Source: a virus (lineage: Duplodnaviria > Heunggongvirae > Uroviricota > Caudoviricetes). Taken from it: a DNA stretch of 32,858 nucleotides. Location of the stretch: IMG/VR virus record IMGVR_UViG_2802429238_000001; one strand, 5' to 3'. The notes beneath the pieces are model-generated. The model made no database searches and had not been told where the DNA came from. It worked only from the letters and a program-made list of their open reading frames with translations. This document shows positions 28,462 to 32,858 of the stretch, one piece after another (within the stretch, counting starts at the first letter, position 1; each line of letters starts with the position of its first letter). The position numbers and the translations under genes are program-made.

Positions 28462-30901
28462 CAATGTAAAATTACAGGTATTGCTCAGGGCTGTTGACCA
28501 GGCATCCCGCCCGTTTAAATCCATCCGTACAGCGAGCAAGTCGCTGTCGGGGGATATCCGGGAAACACAAAAATCACTGCGCGAGCTGAACGGTCACGCA
28601 TCCCGTATTGAGGGATTTCGCAAGACCAGCGCACAGCTCGCCGTGACTGGTCATGCACTTGAAAAGGCACGGCAGGAGGCCGAAGCCCTTGCCACACAGT
28701 TTAAAAACACTGAACGTCCGACCCGTGCTCAGGCGAAAGTGCTGGAATCCGCAAAGCGTGCGGCGGAGGACTTACAGGCGAAATATAACCGCCTGACAGA
28801 TTCCGTTAAACGCCAGCAGCGGGAACTGGCCGCTGTGGGAATTAATACCCGCAATCTTGCACATGATGAGCAGGGACTGAAAAACCGTATCAGTGAAACC
28901 ACCGCACAGCTTAACCGTCAGCGTGATGCGCTGGAGCGTGTCAGTGCGCAACAGGCAAAACTTAACGCAGTAAAACAGCGTTATCAGGCCGGAAAGGAAC
29001 TGGCCGGAAATATGGCCTCGGTGGGCGCTGCCGGTGTGGGGATTGCGGCGGCGGGAACGATGGCCGGAGTTAAGCTGCTGATGCCCGGTTATGAGTTTGC
29101 GCAGAAAAACTCAGAATTGCAGGCCGTGCTCGGAGTGGCAAAAGACTCCGCCGAAATGACCGCACTACGCAAACAGGCGCGCCAGCTCGGCGACAATACC
29201 GCCGCCTCGGCGGATGATGCGGCCGGTGCACAGATAATCATCGCGAAAGCGGGTGGGGATGTTGATGCCATTCAGGCGGCAACACCGGTCACGCTGAATA
29301 TGGCGCTGGCGAACCGCCGCACGATGGAAGAAAACGCCGCCTTGCTGATGGGGATGAAATCCGCCTTTCAGCTTTCAAACGATAAGGTCGCTCATATCGG
29401 GGATGTTCTCTCCATGACGATGAACAAAACCGCCGCCGATTTTGACGGCATGAGCGATGCGCTGACCTATGCCGCACCTGTGGCAAAAAATGCCGGTGTC
29501 AGCATTGAAGAAACCGCCGCAATGGTCGGGGCGCTGCATGATGCAAAAATCACAGGCTCAATGGCGGGGACGGGAAGCCGTGCCGTGTTAAGCCGCCTGC
29601 AGGCACCGACGGGAAAAGCATGGGATGCACTCAAAGAGCTTGGAGTGAAAACCTCAGACAGCAAGGGAAACACCCGGCCAATATTTACCATTCTGAAAGA
29701 AATGCAGGCCAGTTTTGAGAAAAACCGGCTCGGTACTGCCCAGCAGGCTGAATACATGAAAACTATTTTCGGGGAGGAGGCCAGCTCAGCCGCCGCCGTG
29801 CTGATGACTGCCGCCTCAACCGGAAAGCTGGACAAACTGACCGCTGCGTTTAAAGCCTCAGACGGGAAGACCGCCGAGCTGGTAAATATCATGCAGGACA
29901 ACCTAGGCGGTGACTTTAAAGAGTTTCAGTCCGCTTATGAGGCAGTGGGGACTGACCTGTTTGACCAGCAGGAAGGCGCGCTGCGTAAGCTCACGCAGAC
30001 GGCCACAAAGTATGTGTTAAAACTCGACGGCTGGATCCAGAAAAACAAATCACTGGCGTCAACCATCGGCATCATTGTCGGTGGTGCACTGGCGCTGACT
30101 GGTGTCATCGGTGCCATTGGCCTCGTAGCCTGGCCGGTTATCACCGGCATCAATGCCATCATCGCGGCAGCAGGCGCAATGGGGGCAGTCTTCACGACGG
30201 TTGGCAGTGCTGTTATGACCGCCATCGGGGCTATTAGCTGGCCGGTTGTGGCCGTGGTGGCCGCTATTGTCGCCGGGGCGTTGCTTATCCGTAAATACTG
30301 GGAGCCTGTCAGCGCATTCTTTGGCGGTGTGGTTGAAGGGCTGAAAGTGGCATTTGCGCCGGTGGGGGAACTGTTCACGCCACTTAAGCCGGTGTTTGAC
30401 TGGCTGGGTGAAAAGTTACAGGCCGCGTGGCAGTGGTTTAAAAACCTGATTGCCCCGGTCAAAGCCACTCAGGACACCCTGAACAGTTGCCGTGACACGG
30501 GGGTCATGTTCGGGCAGGCACTGGCTGACGCGCTGATGCTGCCGCTTAATGTGTTCAACAAACTGCGCAGCGGTATTGACTGGGTACTGGAAAAACTCGG
30601 TGTTATCAACAAAGAGTCAGACACACTTGACCAGACCGCCGCCAGAACTCAAGCCGCCACGTATGGCAGCGGTGGTTATATTCCGGCGACCAGCTCTTAT
30701 GCAGGCTATCAGGCTTATCAGCCGGTCACGGCACCGGCTGGCCGCTCTTATGTAGACCAGAGTAAAAACGAATATCACATCAGCCTGACGGGTGGTACTG
30801 CGCCGGGGACACAGCTTGACCGCCAGTTACAGGATGCGCTCGAAAAATACGAGCGGGATAAACGTGCGCGCGCCCGTGCCAGCATGATGCATGACGGTTA
30901 A
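28454..30901 (+). CDS. T: Tail tape measure protein, P2 gpT family
   Basis: 815 aa, coiled-coil-rich N-terminal half and hydrophobic Gly/Ala-rich segments; same size as P2 T. Confidence 0.9.
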   Translation: MSNNVKLQVLLRAVDQASRPFKSIRTASKSLSGDIRETQKSLRELNGHASRIEGFRKTSAQLAVTGHALEKARQEAEALATQFKNTERPTRAQAKVLESAKRAAEDLQAKYNRLTDSVKRQQRELAAVGINTRNLAHDEQGLKNRISETTAQLNRQRDALERVSAQQAKLNAVKQRYQAGKELAGNMASVGAAGVGIAAAGTMAGVKLLMPGYEFAQKNSELQAVLGVAKDSAEMTALRKQARQLGDNTAASADDAAGAQIIIAKAGGDVDAIQAATPVTLNMALANRRTMEENAALLMGMKSAFQLSNDKVAHIGDVLSMTMNKTAADFDGMSDALTYAAPVAKNAGVSIEETAAMVGALHDAKITGSMAGTGSRAVLSRLQAPTGKAWDALKELGVKTSDSKGNTRPIFTILKEMQASFEKNRLGTAQQAEYMKTIFGEEASSAAAVLMTAASTGKLDKLTAAFKASDGKTAELVNIMQDNLGGDFKEFQSAYEAVGTDLFDQQEGALRKLTQTATKYVLKLDGWIQKNKSLASTIGIIVGGALALTGVIGAIGLVAWPVITGINAIIAAAGAMGAVFTTVGSAVMTAIGAISWPVVAVVAAIVAGALLIRKYWEPVSAFFGGVVEGLKVAFAPVGELFTPLKPVFDWLGEKLQAAWQWFKNLIAPVKATQDTLNSCRDTGVMFGQALADALMLPLNVFNKLRSGIDWVLEKLGVINKESDTLDQTAARTQAATYGSGGYIPATSSYAGYQAYQPVTAPAGRSYVDQSKNEYHISLTGGTAPGTQLDRQLQDALEKYERDKRARARASMMHDG

Positions 30902-30915
30902 GGAGGTGACGAAAA

Positions 30916-31395
30916 ATGATGCTCGCGTTAGGTATGTTTGTTTTTATGCGCCAGACGCTGCCACACCAGACCATGCAGCGTGAATCAGATTATCGCTGGC
31001 CGTCAAATTCCCGTATCGGCAAACGGGATGCCTTTCAATTTCTCGGTGTGGGTGAGGAAAACATCACGCTGGCCGGTGTGCTTTATCCCGAACTGACCGG
31101 CGGCAAGCTGACGATGACCACGCTCAGGCTGATGGCAGAGGAAGGTCGGGCGTGGCCGTTGCTGGATGGCACCGGCATGATTTACGGCATGTATGTCATC
31201 AGTAAGGTGAGTGAAACAGGGAGTATTTTCTTTGCAGACGGCACACCCCGAAAAATTGATTTTACGCTGTCGCTCACCCGCGTTGATGAATCACTGGCCG
31301 CGCTTTATGGCGATATCGGTAAACAGGCGGAATCGCTCATCGGTAAGGCTGGCAGTATAGCGACTAAATTCACGGGTATGACGGAGGCGGGATAA
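30916..31395 (+). CDS. U: Tail protein, P2 gpU family
   Basis: 159 aa; AGGAGGTGA RBS; synteny. Confidence 0.88.
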   Translation: MMLALGMFVFMRQTLPHQTMQRESDYRWPSNSRIGKRDAFQFLGVGEENITLAGVLYPELTGGKLTMTTLRLMAEEGRAWPLLDGTGMIYGMYVISKVSETGSIFFADGTPRKIDFTLSLTRVDESLAALYGDIGKQAESLIGKAGSIATKFTGMTEAG

Positions 31396-32558
31396 TGCTG
31401 GATGCGCTGACATTTGATGCAGGCAGTACGCTGACGCCGGATTACATGCTGATGCTCGACAGCAGGGATATTACCGGCAATATCAGCGACCGTCTGATGA
31501 GCATGACCCTGACGGATAACCGGGGCTTTGAGGCTGACCAGCTTGATATTGAACTGAACGACGCCGACGGGCAGGTCGGGCTACCGATTCGTGGCGCTGT
31601 CCTGACGGTGTATATCGGCTGGAAAGGTTTTGCCCTGGTATGCAAAGGGAAATTTACCGTTGATGAGGTTGAACACCGGGGCGCGCCGGATGTGGTCACT
31701 ATCCGCGCCCGGAGTGCAGATTTTCGCGGGACGCTCAATTCCCGCCGTGAAGGCTCCTGGCATGACACCACGCTCGGTGCGATTGTTGAGGCGATAGCCT
31801 CCCGTAACAGGCTGGAAGCCAGTGTCGCTCCGTCACTGGCCGGAATTAAAATCCCGCACATCGACCAGTCGCAGGAGTCTGATGCAAAATTCCTGACCCG
31901 CCTTGCTGAACGCAACGGCGGTGAGGTGTCAGTAAAAATGGGAAAATTGTTGTTTCTCAAAGCGGGGCAGGGGGTGACGGCCAGCGGTAAAAAAATCCCG
32001 CAGATTACCATCGCCCGCAGCGACGGCGACCGTCATCATTTTGCGATTGCTGACCGTGGTGCCTATACCGGCGTAACGGCAAAGTGGTTACACACCAAAG
32101 ACCCGAAGCCGCAAAAGCAGAAGGTAAAACTGAAACGCAAAAAGAAAGAGAAACACCTGCGCGCACTGGAGCACCCGAAAGCGAAACCAGTCACGCAGAA
32201 GAAAGCGCCAAAAGTACCGGAAGCGCGCGAAGGTGAATACATGGCCGGTGAGGCTGACAACGTTTTTGCACTGACCACGGTATATGCCACGAAAGCACAG
32301 GCCATGCGCGCCGCTCAGGCGAAGTGGGATAAACTGCAACGGGGTGTGGCGGAGTTCTCCATCAGCCTGGCTACCGGTCGGGCAGATATTTACACGGAAA
32401 CACCGGTTAAAGTGTCAGGCTTTAAGCGCGTCATAGACGAGCAGGACTGGACAATCACTAAGGTGACACATTTTCTGAATAATAGCGGCTTCACGACGTC
32501 CTTGGAGCTTGAGGTCAGGCTTTCTGATGTGGAGTACGAAACCGAAGATGATGAGTGA
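31395..32558 (+). CDS. D: Tail protein / late control, P2 gpD family
   Basis: 387 aa; TAATG overlap with the U stop; same size as P2 D. Confidence 0.88.
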   Translation: MLDALTFDAGSTLTPDYMLMLDSRDITGNISDRLMSMTLTDNRGFEADQLDIELNDADGQVGLPIRGAVLTVYIGWKGFALVCKGKFTVDEVEHRGAPDVVTIRARSADFRGTLNSRREGSWHDTTLGAIVEAIASRNRLEASVAPSLAGIKIPHIDQSQESDAKFLTRLAERNGGEVSVKMGKLLFLKAGQGVTASGKKIPQITIARSDGDRHHFAIADRGAYTGVTAKWLHTKDPKPQKQKVKLKRKKKEKHLRALEHPKAKPVTQKKAPKVPEAREGEYMAGEADNVFALTTVYATKAQAMRAAQAKWDKLQRGVAEFSISLATGRADIYTETPVKVSGFKRVIDEQDWTITKVTHFLNNSGFTTSLELEVRLSDVEYETEDDE

Positions 32559-32639
32559 TGTTTTTATTTTATCTATTTGTTTTATAAGGATAAATTAACT
32601 AAAATGGCACCATCAACAAAACCGGAAGAGGTGCTCGCG
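32559..32639 (+). promoter_or_regulatory. AT-rich region upstream of ogr (probable ogr promoter)
   Basis: 81-bp AT-rich spacer (TGTTTTTATTTTATCTATTTGTTTTATAAGGATAAAT..) between the D stop and the ogr ATG. Confidence 0.4.
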
Positions 32640-32858
32640 ATGTTTCATTGTCCTTTATGCCAGCATGCCGCACATGCGCGTACAAGCCGCTATATCACTG
32701 ACACGACAAAAGAGCGTTATCACCAGTGTCAGAACGTGAATTGCAGCGCCACGTTCATCACTTATGAGTCGGTACAGCGATACATCGTGAAGCCGGGAGA
32801 AGTCCACGCCGTAAGGCCGCACCCGTTGCCGTCAGGGCAACAAATTATGTGGATGTAA
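32640..32858 (+). CDS. ogr: Late transcription activator Ogr (zinc-finger)
   Basis: 72 aa from ATG 32640 (MFHCPLCQHAAHARTSRYITD..CQNVNCSATF..), CxxC..CxxC zinc finger; track ORF starts upstream at 32577; stop is the last codon of the window. Confidence 0.9.
   Translation: MFHCPLCQHAAHARTSRYITDTTKERYHQCQNVNCSATFITYESVQRYIVKPGEVHAVRPHPLPSGQQIMWM

Noticed and set aside
29935-30468. 177-aa ORF on the minus strand, Ala/Thr/Pro-rich
   Set aside because: Antisense to the tape measure gene T; low-complexity translation typical of a non-coding frame.

Overview
The window is almost entirely one P2-like (Peduovirus-type) temperate prophage, read from its left junction (attL/int) through ogr; attR lies beyond the right edge. 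Left flank: the 3' end of an unidentified host gene, a 12-bp-stem hairpin, and pflA (pyruvate formate-lyase activating enzyme), whose start codon sits 31 bp from the integrase stop. Gene order int-C-cox-(small ORFs)-B-(small ORFs)-A | cargo hotspot | cos | Q-P (minus strand) then O-N-M-L-X-Y-K-lysA-lysB/lysC-R-S-V-W-J-I-H-G-FI-FII-E/E'-T-U-D-ogr matches P2 synteny and protein sizes. The hotspot between A and cos, where P2 carries tin/old, instead holds an IS5-family insertion (4-bp TTAG target duplication) splitting an ASCH/DUF3850-like gene, a 68-codon ORF, and an AT-rich pair of predicted two-TM membrane proteins (243 and 232 aa) that I cannot place in any family I know. That pair is the best candidate for an undescribed phage-defence or exclusion module. 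All identifications come from reading the sequence and the ORF track plus memory of P2 biology; no database search or computation was run, and GC statements are by eye.
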